A DNA stretch of 64,000 nt. Source: Candidatus Gottesmanbacteria bacterium GW2011_GWA2_43_14 (lineage in GTDB: Bacteria > Patescibacteriota > Microgenomatia > 2-02-FULL-39-11). A program made the position numbers and the translations under genes. A model generated the notes under the pieces. The model saw only the letters and a list, made by a program, of their open reading frames with translations, was not told the origin of the DNA and did not search any database. Positions 29,851 through 39,597 of this stretch are shown in pieces; positions within the stretch are counted from its first letter, which is position 1, and each line of letters begins with the position of its first letter. The DNA lies in contig LCFP01000003.1 of the NCBI GenBank assembly GCA_000999095.1, positions 26,839 to 90,838 on the forward strand, given 5' to 3'.

Positions 29851-30909
29851 ATGAAGAAAATACTTATAGCGGTCATACTTATAGTTACAGCAGGACTTTT
29901 GCAGGCTAAAATAACCACAAAATCCCAAATCCTGTCTCCGGCGACTGACATGCCGCAAATACAGCTCGATGATCAAAGCCCTCTCGAAGAGGCTCATGTA
30001 CTTTCAATTGCCTCACTCAGGCAGCAGTCATTCCCCGGAAGCGAGATTACGATTGAGGAAACTTTACCGCCCGGCAGCAATTACAAGCGCTATTTAACCT
30101 CATACCTATCTGAAGGGTTGAAAATCTTTGCCTTGTTGACCATTCCCAATGCCGAACCTCCGGCTGCAGGATTCCCGGCCATTATCTTCAATCACGGCTA
30201 TATCCCGCCGGCCCAATACAGGACCACCGAAAGATATGTCGCTTACACAGATGCTTTCTCCCGGAACGGATACATTGTTTTTAAACCCGATTACCGGGGA
30301 CATGGATCTTCCGAGGGTAACCCAGCCGGAGCCTACGGTTCCAACGCTTATACAATTGACGTTCTGAACGCCGCCTCATCAATTCAAAAACATCCTCAAG
30401 TTGACGCCGGTAAAATCGGTATGTGGGGACATTCCATGGGCGGACACATAACTCTGCGATCCATGGTGGTGTCCAAGGACATCAAAGCCGGAGTTATCTG
30501 GGCGGGAGTGGTTGCTTCTTATCCCGATTTAGTAAATAATTGGCGCAGAAGAAATCCGTCCGCAACTGCTGTTGTTTCCGGAGCCCCGGTACCGGCAGGC
30601 GGCAGACGCTGGCGCGACCAGTTGGCAGCCCGGTACGGGGCTCCCGAACAAAATCCTGATTTCTGGAATTCCATCTCAGCCAATCATTATTTGAGTGATA
30701 TTTCCGGTCCTATTCAGCTTCACCACGGGACAGCGGACGCATCCGTTCCCGTCAGGTTCAGTCTTACTCTTAATAAACAGATGGAGAATGCAGGACGAAC
30801 TGTTGAACTGTTTACCTATCCCGGAGACGACCATAACATTGCGGCTAATTTATCCACCGCCTTAAACAGGTCGGTTGCTTTTTTCGATAAATATCTCAAA
30901 GCAATTTAA
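29851..30909 (+). CDS. Secreted alpha/beta hydrolase (S9 peptidase-like)
   Basis: HGY, DYRGHG, GHSMGG, HGTAD and DH catalytic triad; signal peptide. Confidence 0.88.
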   Translation: MKKILIAVILIVTAGLLQAKITTKSQILSPATDMPQIQLDDQSPLEEAHVLSIASLRQQSFPGSEITIEETLPPGSNYKRYLTSYLSEGLKIFALLTIPNAEPPAAGFPAIIFNHGYIPPAQYRTTERYVAYTDAFSRNGYIVFKPDYRGHGSSEGNPAGAYGSNAYTIDVLNAASSIQKHPQVDAGKIGMWGHSMGGHITLRSMVVSKDIKAGVIWAGVVASYPDLVNNWRRRNPSATAVVSGAPVPAGGRRWRDQLAARYGAPEQNPDFWNSISANHYLSDISGPIQLHHGTADASVPVRFSLTLNKQMENAGRTVELFTYPGDDHNIAANLSTALNRSVAFFDKYLKAI

Positions 30910-31983
30910 TTGAGTTTAATGCTTAAGAAGAAAAACATAATTCTCCTGACATCTTTTTTTCTGCTTACCGGCGTTTTAATCCGGTTGTATTTTGTTTTAC
31001 AAAGTGAGACTCCGATTAAGACTGTTTTAAACAGCCGGCAGATATTCAACCGGTCCAACCCCGGTCTTTCTCCGACACCGATGCCATTCAGTGAATTGAC
31101 AATAGATTATTTACGGACCAGAGAGTATGTCAGCAGTTTGGGTTCATTAAATCAACTGAATGATTTTGCCGACTACACCTCTTATTTAACGAGTTTTGAT
31201 TCAGAAGGATTTAAAGTTAATGCTCTCATGACCCGGCCAAAAGGGCTAATGCCTGCCGGCGGCTGGCCGGCGGTAATCTTTATCCACGGTTATATCCAGC
31301 CGCGGCAATATTCTACCTCCCAAAATTATTATGACTATGTGGACTATCTGGCCCGAAACGCCCTGGCTGTTTTTAAGATAGATCTGCGCGGGCACGGTAC
31401 ATCGGAAGGCGAACCGGGCGGAGCTTATTACAATTCGGATTACATCATCGACGTCCTGAACGCTTACAGCGCTTTGGGAAAAGCGGACTTTATAAACGGA
31501 AATAAAATCGGGCTTTGGGGGCACAGCATGGCCGGCAATGTGGTTATGAGGAGTTTGGCTGCCAAGCCGTCAATTCCGGCGGCGGTCATCTGGGCAGGAG
31601 CCGTCTATACGTATACCGATTTGGCCGAATACGGCATTGATGACAACAGTTACCGGCCGCCTGAGAATGATTCCGAAAGGCAAAGGCGGCGGCGGGAATT
31701 ATTTGCAAACTACGGGCAACCGGCAGAAGGGCATGCCTTCTGGAAACTTGTAGCTCCGACAAACTACTTATCGGATCTGAAAGGAGCTGTTGAGATCCAC
31801 CATGCCGTAAACGATAACGTGGTTGATATCGGATACAGCCGGAATCTGAGCAATTTGTTGAAAGAAGCCGGCATTCCGGCTGAACTGCATGAATACAATT
31901 CGGGAGGCCATAACCTGACCGGTCCGGTTTTCGGAAAGGCAATGCAGAGAACTGTCAATTTTTTCCTTGAATATTTAAAATAG
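30910..31983 (+). CDS. Secreted alpha/beta hydrolase (S9 peptidase-like), tandem paralog
   Basis: HGY, DLRGHG, GHSMAG, HAVND, GGH. Confidence 0.88.
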   Translation: MSLMLKKKNIILLTSFFLLTGVLIRLYFVLQSETPIKTVLNSRQIFNRSNPGLSPTPMPFSELTIDYLRTREYVSSLGSLNQLNDFADYTSYLTSFDSEGFKVNALMTRPKGLMPAGGWPAVIFIHGYIQPRQYSTSQNYYDYVDYLARNALAVFKIDLRGHGTSEGEPGGAYYNSDYIIDVLNAYSALGKADFINGNKIGLWGHSMAGNVVMRSLAAKPSIPAAVIWAGAVYTYTDLAEYGIDDNSYRPPENDSERQRRRRELFANYGQPAEGHAFWKLVAPTNYLSDLKGAVEIHHAVNDNVVDIGYSRNLSNLLKEAGIPAELHEYNSGGHNLTGPVFGKAMQRTVNFFLEYLK

Positions 31984-33046
31984 CTTCCCTGGTGGGAGTA
32001 AAATTCACGTTATAGTAAACCGCTTTTTCAAATTCTTCCCCGGCCGCCTCCAAATTCTGCTGTTTCCGATAGATTTGTCCACGCAGGTAGTAAAGCTCGG
32101 AAAAAGCCCGGTTGTAGTTATTGAGCACTTTATCGGTCAGTGAAAAAACTTTGGAGTAATCGTTGAGTTGAAAGTAAGCTTCGATAGGCTCAATCTGGTA
32201 CCAGAGCATCCGCCAGGGAAGCATATTTTCAACCTGTTCAAAATAGTTAACCGATTCCTTAAAACGCCCGAGATGATAATTGGCCACGCTTAAATTGAAA
32301 AGGCGGTAAATATCAGATGTTTCCCTATTTACCTCAAGCTGCTGTCTGGCATTATCCCAGGCAGTGGTTTCGTCCAGATTTTCACCTAAAATTGCTTCGG
32401 CAATTTCCACTTTTGACCCTGGGAGCAAAACCAAAAATTCATAATTAAACGGTTCCCATATTTTCACAAGATCGGTAAAGCTGAAGCTCAAATTTTTATT
32501 TTGGAGGGAATCATCCTGGATAAAAACACGGGTGGATAAATCATAACCTCTGATTAAACGGTAATGTCCGATATCTTCACCTTCTTTAAGCCAGGTTCTG
32601 ATGACTACCGGGATGCCTTCCGCTATAAACTGCTGCAGGATTTGCGGGTTGCCGTTGGGCCGGTGATATGCCGTTAAGCCGTAATTTTCCGCTTCTTTGG
32701 CCAGCTCAGCCAAAGTCACTGATTTGTCGTCATTGTTGCCCTGCGGATGCTGAAAAGGCCTGAGTTTCCGGCCCAGCTCTTCCTGTGAAACAGTTATTTC
32801 AAAATAAGACAGCAGCATTGACAGGCTGGCCGGACCGCAATTATTGAATGTCTGGAAGACGTGATTTTTTATGGGAATTATTTTCCGCGGCGGGACGGTG
32901 GGAGTCGGCCGGGGGGAGGCTGTAGGTGAGGCAATTAAAGGCAGATTGTCAGCAATAATTGTAACCGGGGGAGACTTTTCAAAATAGCCTGTCAAGAGAA
33001 ACAGTAAAATTATGAAACTTGCTATCAGGGTAAAAATCCGTATCAT
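31955..33046 (-). CDS. Peptidase C39-like protein with C-terminal TPR repeats
   Basis: QTFNNCGPASLSM, GHYR and DS catalytic residues; TPR-like helices. Confidence 0.85.
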   Translation of the reverse strand: MIRIFTLIASFIILLFLLTGYFEKSPPVTIIADNLPLIASPTASPRPTPTVPPRKIIPIKNHVFQTFNNCGPASLSMLLSYFEITVSQEELGRKLRPFQHPQGNNDDKSVTLAELAKEAENYGLTAYHRPNGNPQILQQFIAEGIPVVIRTWLKEGEDIGHYRLIRGYDLSTRVFIQDDSLQNKNLSFSFTDLVKIWEPFNYEFLVLLPGSKVEIAEAILGENLDETTAWDNARQQLEVNRETSDIYRLFNLSVANYHLGRFKESVNYFEQVENMLPWRMLWYQIEPIEAYFQLNDYSKVFSLTDKVLNNYNRAFSELYYLRGQIYRKQQNLEAAGEEFEKAVYYNVNFTPTREAILNIQGKN

Positions 33047-33064
33047 AAGAATGAATATTGTACC

Positions 33065-33658
33065 ATGAGAAAAACACTGATTTTAGTCTGGTTTATGCTT
33101 TTTTTGTCGCTGGCTGCAGTCACGGCTACGCTCTTTTTTTACCGGCAACTGGAAAATAAAAATAAAAAAGAGAGGATAAACAAGGAGAACTTTTGGTTTC
33201 TTTTGGAAAGGCAATCCAACCTTGAAACACTTTATTACGGACAGCCGGGGAGAGTCACCGACAGTAAAATTGTCAGGCAGTTTAAAGTCAAAACAGGCAG
33301 GCCAAATGAGCGACCGACGCCCCTGCCTCAACTTTTGGGTAGGGAATACTGGCTGATCAGCGGTAAAACCGAGACAAAAGATAATCCGGAGACCGGACCA
33401 TATTTCATTTCCCTGGACATCCCCGTAACTGACGATGAACCGTACGGTCCGGAAAAATATCCGGAATGCGAAGGCCGATGCAACTGGGTTCTGCCGGGGG
33501 CATTCGGTTTGCACGGAATAGGCGGAGATGACAGTAAATTAACGGAGAGCGATCCGGGATCTTCAGGCTGCATCAGACACACGGACGAAGATATAACTCA
33601 TCTATACAATTTGATTGATCCCACAAAGTCAATCCGCTATTACATAGAAAACAGCTGA
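33065..33658 (+). CDS. L,D-transpeptidase (YkuD family)
   Basis: PTP, GLHG and GSSGCIR motifs; N-terminal TM. Confidence 0.8.
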   Translation: MRKTLILVWFMLFLSLAAVTATLFFYRQLENKNKKERINKENFWFLLERQSNLETLYYGQPGRVTDSKIVRQFKVKTGRPNERPTPLPQLLGREYWLISGKTETKDNPETGPYFISLDIPVTDDEPYGPEKYPECEGRCNWVLPGAFGLHGIGGDDSKLTESDPGSSGCIRHTDEDITHLYNLIDPTKSIRYYIENS

Positions 33659-33727
33659 ATATTTTCTTACTTTTTGCGCCAAACCTGATTATTGCCGGGC
33701 TTATCGGCCTGGGGTTTCTGGGTTAAG

Positions 33728-34249
33728 TCATTTGGAACAGTTGGGCCAGGCGACCCGGCCGTTTATTGCCAGTTTGTATGCTGCAGTTTTGATGGCTTCC
33801 TCCGCATTAAAGCGCAATTCCGGATCTGTATTGAGATTCATCAGGAGCCTTAAATTTTTCCACGAATTTTCAGAGAATTGGAACATGCCTCCGTAAATGC
33901 CGTTTCGAGCCTGCGGGTTAAAAGAGGATTCACAGGCGGCGATCTTTTTCAAAAGCTCCCGGTTCACGCTTTCTTTATCAGCGTATCTGGTAAAGTAATT
34001 TTCCAGGTCGCCTGAGGTTATTTTTGGCAGCGGAGTCGGAGTCGGGGTAGCGGTCGGGCGGGGAGTGTTGGTGGGAACCGGCGTTTCAGTTATGACGGAA
34101 TATTCCACAGGTAATATTGGAGCTGTCAAAGGCGAGGGAGTCGGGGAAATTATCCGGATATTTTTTTGGCCGGAATTTTGAATTTTAAAAGTTATGGCCG
34201 GGATAACCGACAACAGAACAAGAGTAATGCCGAGAATGGAGATTTTCAT
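33728..34249 (-). CDS. Lytic transglycosylase (SLT/Rpf-like), membrane-anchored
   Basis: IAACESSFNP...GMFQF...W...WPNC; PT linker. Confidence 0.85.
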   Translation of the reverse strand: MKISILGITLVLLSVIPAITFKIQNSGQKNIRIISPTPSPLTAPILPVEYSVITETPVPTNTPRPTATPTPTPLPKITSGDLENYFTRYADKESVNRELLKKIAACESSFNPQARNGIYGGMFQFSENSWKNLRLLMNLNTDPELRFNAEEAIKTAAYKLAINGRVAWPNCSK

Positions 34250-34274
34250 TTGATTCTTTCGTTCATATACGGAA

Positions 34275-34799
34275 TTATTTTACTATTTCTTCGGGGAAAC
34301 TTCTCTCGAGTTTAATAATTTTCGGGTCAATTACCAGACGGCAGTATGGAGCTTGACGGTTCCTGCCGTAAAAATCCTGGTGATAGCTTTCCGCGGGGAA
34401 AAACTTGCCAAAGGGGACGATTTCCGTTACTACCGGACCGGTCAGATCTGCAGTAATTTTTTCTTTAATTTCCTTTGCCGTTTTTTCCTGAATCGCGTCA
34501 TGATAAAAAACAGCACTCCGGTACTGGCTGCCGACATCAGCTCCCTGACGGTTCAGAGAAGTCGGATCATGAGTTTTGAAAAAAACTTCCAGAATTTTTC
34601 CGTAACTGATAATTTGCGGGTTGAAGGTAACTTGAATTGCTTCAGCATGTCCTGTCCGGCCCGAATAGACTTCATCGGATGAAGGATTGTCGATTGTCCC
34701 GCCGGTAAAACCGGAGATGACGGAATCAACGCCCTTCAGTCTATTGAAGACGGCTTCAGTACACCAGAAACATCCGCCGGCTAATGTGGCTGTTTCCAT
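34275..34799 (-). CDS. msrA: Peptide methionine sulfoxide reductase A
   Basis: GGCFWC, TGHAE, HDPT..NRQG.D.G.QYRS, AE.YHQ. Confidence 0.95.
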   Translation of the reverse strand: METATLAGGCFWCTEAVFNRLKGVDSVISGFTGGTIDNPSSDEVYSGRTGHAEAIQVTFNPQIISYGKILEVFFKTHDPTSLNRQGADVGSQYRSAVFYHDAIQEKTAKEIKEKITADLTGPVVTEIVPFGKFFPAESYHQDFYGRNRQAPYCRLVIDPKIIKLERSFPEEIVK

Positions 34800-35101
34800 T
34801 ATTCCTCGTCTCTTTTGATGAAGCGGTAGGAATTGATTGGGATTTCCGCCTGGGGATTTTCCTCATACAGAAATGCCAATTGTTGATCTTCAAATATTCT
34901 GAAAAATTCATTCCAATCGATATTCTGGCCTTTTTTTGCATCGCTGAGATAAATCTCATCATCTTTGCCCGGAAAATCAATTCTCAGGCCGGTTTTATCC
35001 GAAGCATAAGGATCCTCGATTTTTTGCGGACGTCCCCTTACTTTTTCTACCCAGGTAATTATAAATTGATGGTCTGTCGTTTTTTTCAATGCATTTAACA
35101 T
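34799..35101 (-). CDS. Conserved small hypothetical protein (TTDH..I..W.E...G.P family)
   Basis: TTDHQFIITWVE..RGRP, LRIDFPG and I.W.EFF..FE...LAFLY motifs. ATG 35101 preferred. Confidence 0.75.
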   Translation of the reverse strand: MLNALKKTTDHQFIITWVEKVRGRPQKIEDPYASDKTGLRIDFPGKDDEIYLSDAKKGQNIDWNEFFRIFEDQQLAFLYEENPQAEIPINSYRFIKRDEE

Positions 35102-35262
35102 AGAAGACAAAAATAAGAATAATACGGGAAAAAGATGAAAATAACTTAAAAAGATTCTTACATTTCTATTGGCCCTTTTTTACTCCATGCTCATCAAAAC
35201 GGATTACCATGACAATTCAATTAGAAATCTTAAGCAGAATAAAGGAGGTGAGAAAAGGCAAG

Positions 35263-35493
35263 ATGCGAAATTTATTTGCAGTTTTATTAATGGCAGTTAT
35301 GGTTGGTTTTGCGGGCAGTTCAGTTCTGGCGCAAACACCTACCGACACGACTAACAATACCACCAATAACACAACCGGAAACCTTACGGATAATGTGACA
35401 GAAAATACAACCGGAGAAGCCGGAGTGGGCGCAGCGCCTGAAGATGAACCTGACGGAGCTCCCAGCACAGGATTGGGTGGTATGCCCCATTAA
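35263..35493 (+). CDS. Small secreted Thr/Asn-rich protein with C-terminal APSTG motif; putative sortase substrate
   Basis: SD AAGGAGGTGA; signal peptide ending VLA; ends GAPSTGLGGMPH; immediately upstream of the sortase. Confidence 0.75.
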   Translation: MRNLFAVLLMAVMVGFAGSSVLAQTPTDTTNNTTNNTTGNLTDNVTENTTGEAGVGAAPEDEPDGAPSTGLGGMPH

Positions 35494-35521
35494 CCGTAAA
35501 TAAAACTAACAGAGATAAAGT

Positions 35522-35554
35522 ATACATGAGGGTGGGAGATCCGCCCTCATGTAC
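35522..35554 (+). terminator. Stem-loop between the substrate and sortase genes
   Basis: TACATGAGGGTGG-gaga-tCCGCCCTCATGTA inverted repeat; no strong U-tract. Confidence 0.55.
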
Positions 35555-35572
35555 AAAGAATAGGATAACAAT

Positions 35573-36142
35573 ATGAAAAAACTGCTTTTAACCCCTTTTT
35601 TAATTTCCGGTCTTTTTATCGGATTAAATTTAACCTCAGCAGCCGAAAGGCCTCTTATTAAAAATACAGCAGGTTACGTATTGCGTCCTCAGGAAATCGA
35701 AATACCTGACCTTAAGATTAAAACAGAAATTGAATGGGTTGCCGAAGATACTGACGGAAATATGGCAAGTCCCGAGGATACAAACAGGGTTGCCTGGTAT
35801 ATGGACGGTTTTTTACCCGGAGAAAAAGGCAATATGGTTATTGCCGGCCATCGCGACTCCAAAAGCGGACCGGCCGTGTTTTATGAGCTGGAAAAACTGG
35901 ATACAGGGGACACCGTCAAGCTGAAAGACATAAAGGGAACGGTATATGTTTACCGGGTAACGGATGAAAAAGTATATTCAGATGAAAATTTTCCCGTTAA
36001 AGAAATTTTCGGCCGCTCCGACAGGAAAAAACTGAATTTAATCACCTGCAAAGGCTCTTTCGACAAATCACTTCAGCAATACTCCCACCGTGTCGTTGTG
36101 GAAGCAGAACTGTCCTACAGCTATTGGTCTGGATTTTTATAA
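35573..36142 (+). CDS. Class F sortase
   Basis: G.M..P...VAWY..G..PG.KG..VIAGHRD...AVF..L, LITC.G and R: His/Cys/Arg triad. Confidence 0.9.
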   Translation: MKKLLLTPFLISGLFIGLNLTSAAERPLIKNTAGYVLRPQEIEIPDLKIKTEIEWVAEDTDGNMASPEDTNRVAWYMDGFLPGEKGNMVIAGHRDSKSGPAVFYELEKLDTGDTVKLKDIKGTVYVYRVTDEKVYSDENFPVKEIFGRSDRKKLNLITCKGSFDKSLQQYSHRVVVEAELSYSYWSGFL

Positions 36143-36167
36143 CTGCACCTTCTAAGATAGAAGGAAA

Positions 36168-36827
36168 ATGGCCGTTAAAATCAACCGAGTAGTGATTTTT
36201 GCCAACGGTTTCCTTTATCCAGAATATCTGGAAAACATCAGCAAAAAAGATACCGTAATCTGTGTTGACGCTGCCTGCATCTGGCTTCTCAGGCAGGGGA
36301 TCAAAGCAGATTACGCGATCGGGGATTTCGACTCGGTAACTAAGGAAGAATTAGCAGAGATAAAAGCTGCATTAAAAAAGATCCAAATTTACCCGCAAGA
36401 CAAGAATGCCACCGATTTTGAGTTGGCAGTCGAACTGGCCATCCATATTAAACCTTCCGATGTTTTAATTTTCGGCGCACTCGGCAGCCGGCTGGACCAC
36501 AGCCTCTCAGCTATTTTTCTTTTGGAGCGTTTTTTAAATAAAAATATTCAGGCTGAAATCAGGGATTTGAACAACCTTTTAACGTTAATTGCAGGCAGCT
36601 ATGAAATAAGGAACTTACGGCAGTATAATTATTTTTCCCTGCAACCTCTGACTGATACGGCCGTAGTAACTGTGACAGGCTGCCGATATCCCCTTTCACT
36701 TAAAAAAATCCACAGATCCAGTTCATTGACCATCAGTAACCGCAAAAAGAAAAAGAACTGTCTGATAAAGGTGCACCGCGGACTAGTCAGTCTGATCCTG
36801 AGCCGGGACACTGTTAACCGGCAATAA
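36168..36827 (+). CDS. thiN: Thiamine pyrophosphokinase
   Basis: IGDFDS, KNATDFELA, GALGSRLDH, YPL, SN. Confidence 0.9.
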   Translation: MAVKINRVVIFANGFLYPEYLENISKKDTVICVDAACIWLLRQGIKADYAIGDFDSVTKEELAEIKAALKKIQIYPQDKNATDFELAVELAIHIKPSDVLIFGALGSRLDHSLSAIFLLERFLNKNIQAEIRDLNNLLTLIAGSYEIRNLRQYNYFSLQPLTDTAVVTVTGCRYPLSLKKIHRSSSLTISNRKKKKNCLIKVHRGLVSLILSRDTVNRQ

Positions 36828-37584
36828 TCAGAAAAAAAATAACAGCCAGAATAATCCGGTAAACACCGAAGGCCAGGAAAGTATGCCTTTTCAGGTAGGC
36901 CAAAAGAATTCGGATGCTGAGTAAAGCTGTCAGGTAAGCTCCTGCAAAACCTGCCGTCAAAAGAATAATCTCCTGTTTTTGGGCCACCCAGTTACTTTTA
37001 AAAATGTCGAGAAGGGAGGCTGCCAAAATGGTCGGTACGGCCAGAATAAAGGAATATTCAGTGGCTGTTTTCCTGTTTAATCCGAGAAAAAGTCCGCCAA
37101 TAATGGTAGCGGCTGCCCGGGAAACTCCGGGAACCATGGAAACGGTCTGGATTGTGCCTATCAGCAAAGCTTTTTTTATGCCAATGTGCTGAAGCTGCAT
37201 AACTGATTTACCTTTTCGAGGTATCTGCCAAAGTTCCAATAAAATCATGATAATACCCCCAAGAAAGAGCATTATTACCGTAAGCAGGGTATTTTCAAAA
37301 AGATGTTTGACGTAGGGGTAAAAAAATAAGCCGGCGGCCCCTGTAGGGATAAATCCGGCCATGGCAAGCATAAATATTTTCCTATCGGATATTTTTTTCA
37401 TGTAAAGTGTAGCAACTGCCAAAATAGCTCCCAATTGGATAATAATTTCGAAACTTTTCACAAAAGCTGACTGGCTTATTTTTAATAAATAGGAAGTTAA
37501 AATAAGGTGACCGGTCGAGGAAACCGGTAAAAACTCCGTCAGACCTTCGACCGCGGACAGGATTAGTGCATCAAGAATGGTCAT
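36814..37584 (-). CDS. uppP: Undecaprenyl-diphosphate phosphatase
   Basis: EGLTEFLPVSSTGHL, QLGAILA, PGVSR..ATI. Start at ATG 37584. Confidence 0.95.
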   Translation of the reverse strand: MTILDALILSAVEGLTEFLPVSSTGHLILTSYLLKISQSAFVKSFEIIIQLGAILAVATLYMKKISDRKIFMLAMAGFIPTGAAGLFFYPYVKHLFENTLLTVIMLFLGGIIMILLELWQIPRKGKSVMQLQHIGIKKALLIGTIQTVSMVPGVSRAAATIIGGLFLGLNRKTATEYSFILAVPTILAASLLDIFKSNWVAQKQEIILLTAGFAGAYLTALLSIRILLAYLKRHTFLAFGVYRIILAVIFFLIIAG

Positions 37585-37649
37585 AAACAAGATGATAACA
37601 TCCGGAAACAGTTGAAACCAGGAATCAGACGGAGCTAAAATAGGTTAGG

Positions 37650-37964
37650 ATGCTATTGCTGCTTATTACGTTGATTATTTTATTGTGGCTGGTGGGCTTT
37701 ATTTCCGTACCCTCGACCTCTTTTTTTACCCTGCCTGTCATGTTCCTTAACGGCCGGGCTATCGGACTTTGGGATATCATAATTTTTTTAGTGTTGATTT
37801 GGGTGGTAGGTATCCTTCCCCAGCCGCTTAAAGGCGCCGTTTTAATTCTTCTCCTGTTGTGGATTCTTTCACTTATGGGGATAGTAGTAATTTCGGGAAT
37901 GGGCAACGTACTGCTCTTGTTGCTTTTGGCAGCACTAATCCTGCATATAATGGGGTTTGTCTGA
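37650..37964 (+). CDS. Small hydrophobic membrane protein
   Basis: Four TM; TAAAAT at 37636 upstream. Confidence 0.6.
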   Translation: MLLLLITLIILLWLVGFISVPSTSFFTLPVMFLNGRAIGLWDIIIFLVLIWVVGILPQPLKGAVLILLLLWILSLMGIVVISGMGNVLLLLLLAALILHIMGFV

Positions 37965-37970
37965 TTTTAT

Positions 37971-38360
37971 TTATTTCTTTTTCACCAGGTAAACCGCAAG
38001 GGTAAGGATAATTCCCAGTATCACGGCTATCCAGAATGAAGAAATACCGAATCCGCTGAATCTGGCAAATCTGCCGACCAACCAAACACCCGCAATATTC
38101 ATTACCGCCATTCCGGTCAATTTAACTGTTTCTGATTTGTATTTCCTTATATATGAGGTTGTGACCAAAGAGATTGACAGATATTGGAATAAAAAGACAA
38201 CACATAAGGCAATCAGAAATCCAATAAAAGGACTTACAAGGTCATTGCCAAATACCATATTTTCCGGATAAAGCATCAGGCCGAGAAAGATTATTAGTAT
38301 GTCCAGACCGGCTATCATCAGATAGCGGCTTGAGGTTTTATTTAATTTAATATAAATCAC
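37971..38360 (-). CDS. 4-TM membrane protein
   Basis: Four hydrophobic segments; GRFA..GFGISS motif. Confidence 0.6.
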   Translation of the reverse strand: MIYIKLNKTSSRYLMIAGLDILIIFLGLMLYPENMVFGNDLVSPFIGFLIALCVVFLFQYLSISLVTTSYIRKYKSETVKLTGMAVMNIAGVWLVGRFARFSGFGISSFWIAVILGIILTLAVYLVKKK

Positions 38361-38421
38361 CCCCCCTCGGTAGTCCGTTCAACTTAAGTTTATTAATTTA
38401 AAGCAGTTTCCGCAACCCTTT

Positions 38422-38476
38422 TCTTACCCAGGTCTTACCGACCGAAGAACCTCTGTTTACAGGTGACGGATATATT
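38422..38476 (+). promoter_or_regulatory. TCTTAC-N5-TCTTAC box plus -10 (TATATT 38471)
   Basis: Perfect repeats at 38422 and 38433; -10 starts 49 bp after the first repeat. Confidence 0.75.
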
Positions 38477-38506
38477 GTTTCCAGATTAAGAGGAGGTGAG
38501 TTTTTT

Positions 38507-38716
38507 ATGGCAACGGTAATTAACAATCCTGGTGAAAACAACAATTCATGGGGATATTCGGTCGGCGTGGTTCTATTGTTAGCCGTTGTTTTAATTTTTG
38601 TCATTTACGGCCTGCCTATCCTTAGACAATCTCAAATCGAACAGGCACCGCAAATCAATGTACCGGGTGAAATAGATGTCAATATCAATGAAGGACAGGG
38701 TGGCGGAGGTAATTAA
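38507..38716 (+). CDS. Small single-TM protein (YGLP motif)
   Basis: SD AGGAGGTGA; one TM; INVP..IDVNIN tail. Confidence 0.75.
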   Translation: MATVINNPGENNNSWGYSVGVVLLLAVVLIFVIYGLPILRQSQIEQAPQINVPGEIDVNINEGQGGGGN

Positions 38717-38751
38717 CATCTGACATATCGAAAGGGGGTGATGACCCAATC

Positions 38752-39006
38752 ATGAATATTTTATTATGGATTCTGTTCGGAGCATTAGCCGGCTGGATAG
38801 CTTCTCTGGTTATGAAGAATGATGCCAGTCAGGACATCCTTATGGATATCGTCATGGGTATTGCCGGTGCCTTGGTCGGCGGTTTCCTGATGCAATTGTT
38901 CGGCGTCCCCGGAGTCACCGGATTTAACCTGTACAGTTTATTGGTTGCCGTTGTCGGAGCCAGTATCCTGATTTATTTGGGAAGATTGTTGAGAAGAAGT
39001 GCATAA
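38752..39006 (+). CDS. GlsB/YeaQ/YmgE family stress-response membrane protein
   Basis: W..FG.LAGWIAS..M...DIV.GIAGA.VGG...GFN..S..VA..GA. Confidence 0.92.
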   Translation: MNILLWILFGALAGWIASLVMKNDASQDILMDIVMGIAGALVGGFLMQLFGVPGVTGFNLYSLLVAVVGASILIYLGRLLRRSA

Positions 39007-39028
39007 GTTATTAATTTTTTTACATACT

Positions 39029-39066
39029 CTGGGAGCCCCCAAAATATATAAGAGGCGGGCTCCCGG
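39029..39066 (+). terminator. Possible stem-loop after the glsB-like gene
   Basis: GGGAGCCC...GGGCTCCC inverted repeat. Confidence 0.4.
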
Positions 39067-39078
39067 AAAACTGCTCTT

Positions 39079-39582
39079 ATGAATTTTAGATATATAACTT
39101 TATTTATTTTTATTGCCATGGTCGCCCTGTTATTTATGCCTGCCGAAAGTCTGGCCAATGAATGCGGTTTAATGAGCGAGTCCAGCTGTCTTATCAGAGA
39201 TAATACCCTCCACCGTTTTTCCCCGGAGGGTGTTATTGCCGATGATATGCAATTTAATTCCGGGGATGAAAAGATAAATTCCGAAAGTTCCGGCTTTGCG
39301 GAGCTGACCACTTTAAAGCCTGATTTTTCCGTTAAACAAATCTTTTCACCAGATGGCCAAATAATACAAACAACCAGCGTCGGACCTGCAGAGGATACGG
39401 AGCGGGCAAGTTATAGCGGTAAATCGCTCACCGTCACCGTCATTTCCGGCGGCAAGAAAAAAACTATACATGCTTATATGGCGGGAGGAATAATTAAAAC
39501 TTCATCTGATGCGGATGAATTTGAAGAATTGGATATATCATTTACAACGTCCACCAATGTCATCAATATCATCGGTCATTGA
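39079..39582 (+). CDS. Secreted hypothetical protein
   Basis: Signal peptide; two Cys near the mature N-terminus. Confidence 0.55.
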   Translation: MNFRYITLFIFIAMVALLFMPAESLANECGLMSESSCLIRDNTLHRFSPEGVIADDMQFNSGDEKINSESSGFAELTTLKPDFSVKQIFSPDGQIIQTTSVGPAEDTERASYSGKSLTVTVISGGKKKTIHAYMAGGIIKTSSDADEFEELDISFTTSTNVINIIGH

Positions 39583-39597
39583 GAAGGGAAAATACAG

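Noticed and set aside
33665-33670. Single TCTTAC between convergent genes
   Set aside because: No partner repeat, no -10 at +49 and no downstream sense gene.
38366-38378. CGGTAG resembling an ops element
   Set aside because: Incomplete match to GGCGGTAG and not upstream of a long operon.
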